64,000 nt of DNA from an uncultured Aliarcobacter sp. (GTDB taxonomy: Bacteria > Campylobacterota > Campylobacteria > Campylobacterales > Arcobacteraceae), in assembly GCA_963664305.2 (NCBI GenBank), contig CAXXLV010000002.1:1696001-1760000 (forward strand), in the 5' to 3' direction. A program made the translations under genes and the position numbers. Below, piece after piece: positions 63,337-64,000 of this stretch (within the stretch, counting starts at the first letter, position 1; every line of letters begins with the position of its first letter). The notes under the pieces were generated by a model that was not told the origin of the DNA, ran no database searches, and saw only the letters and a list, made by a program, of their open reading frames with translations.

Positions 63337-64000
63337 ATGTATAACTTTTTATTTAAACTTTCAATATTAATTTTATTGGCATTAAATCTAAATGCATCCA
63401 AAACTGAAGTATTAAATAATAACATCAGTACAAATCTAGAACAACTATCTAATCAGTTGAAATATCTTCTTCCAAATTATAAAGATTCTTCAAATGATAT
63501 TTCTAATCTTTTAAATATTTATTATCAACACTATGAAAAAATCCAAGCTTTTGAAATAGTATTTAATAATAAAACAATTTACAGTTCTTATAAAAATGAT
63601 TCAAATATTTTTATTTTAAAGGATGAATCTTTACCTATTGAGATAAAAAAAACTCCTGAAATCTATGAAAAAAATATTTTAGATGAAGATAAATCTTTAG
63701 GAAAATTAATTGTTTATTTTATAAATGAAATTGACTTTACGCAAGAAGAGTTAGATTATTTAAAAAATAAAAAAATCTTAAAAATACAAAATGATTCAAA
63801 TCTTACTCCATATAACTTCAATGAAAATGGGATTGCAAAAGGTTATTCTATTGATTATATGAATTTAATTGCTAATAAATTAGCTTTAAGAGTTGAGTAT
63901 ATTCCTGGTATTTGGGATGATTTTTTAAATATGTTAGAAAATAATCAATTGGATTTGATGCTAAATGTTTTAAAATCAAAAGAGAGAGAAGAGAGATTTT
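63337..64000 (+). CDS. Exported substrate-binding-domain protein, probably a sensor; truncated by the window end
   Basis: Open frame MYNFLFKLSILILLALNLNA...DFTQEELDYLK...PYNF..GYSIDYMNLIA..WDDFL..LDLM to the window edge. Confidence 0.8.
   Translation, partial: MYNFLFKLSILILLALNLNASKTEVLNNNISTNLEQLSNQLKYLLPNYKDSSNDISNLLNIYYQHYEKIQAFEIVFNNKTIYSSYKNDSNIFILKDESLPIEIKKTPEIYEKNILDEDKSLGKLIVYFINEIDFTQEELDYLKNKKILKIQNDSNLTPYNFNENGIAKGYSIDYMNLIANKLALRVEYIPGIWDDFLNMLENNQLDLMLNVLKSKEREERF

Overview
AT-rich Campylobacterota chromosome window, most consistent with Arcobacter/Aliarcobacter (Arcobacteraceae), judged from protein families and gene order rather than a database search. 1-26 kb is housekeeping (rpsF-ssb-rpsR, holA, fliW, rnr, ilvC, dprA, nhaA, murC, dapC, tgt, gatC, class II DAHP synthase, tal, serB, metF, ruvX, acpS, panC, rimO, tilS). 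26-36 kb is a flagellar cluster. 37-47 kb is a nitrogen island with two amtB-PII pairs, an NtrC-like regulator lacking a receiver domain, and glnD. It is followed by a solitary cas6 with no array or other cas genes, a MerR-led phospholipid operon, sulP, an extended arsenic-resistance operon and cidA-lrgB. No rRNA, tRNA, transposase, integrase or CRISPR array was seen. The strongest signals are (i) a 17-bp palindrome TGTWTA-N3-TTTATACA 30-31 bp upstream of sigma70 -10 boxes at both amtB genes and at the regulator-glnD operon, suggesting a sigma54- and NtrB-independent nitrogen regulon, and (ii) an orphan cas6 whose promoter shares an identically spaced 11-bp direct-repeat site with an unrelated membrane-protein gene. 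All calls were made by eye from the sequence and the ORF track.
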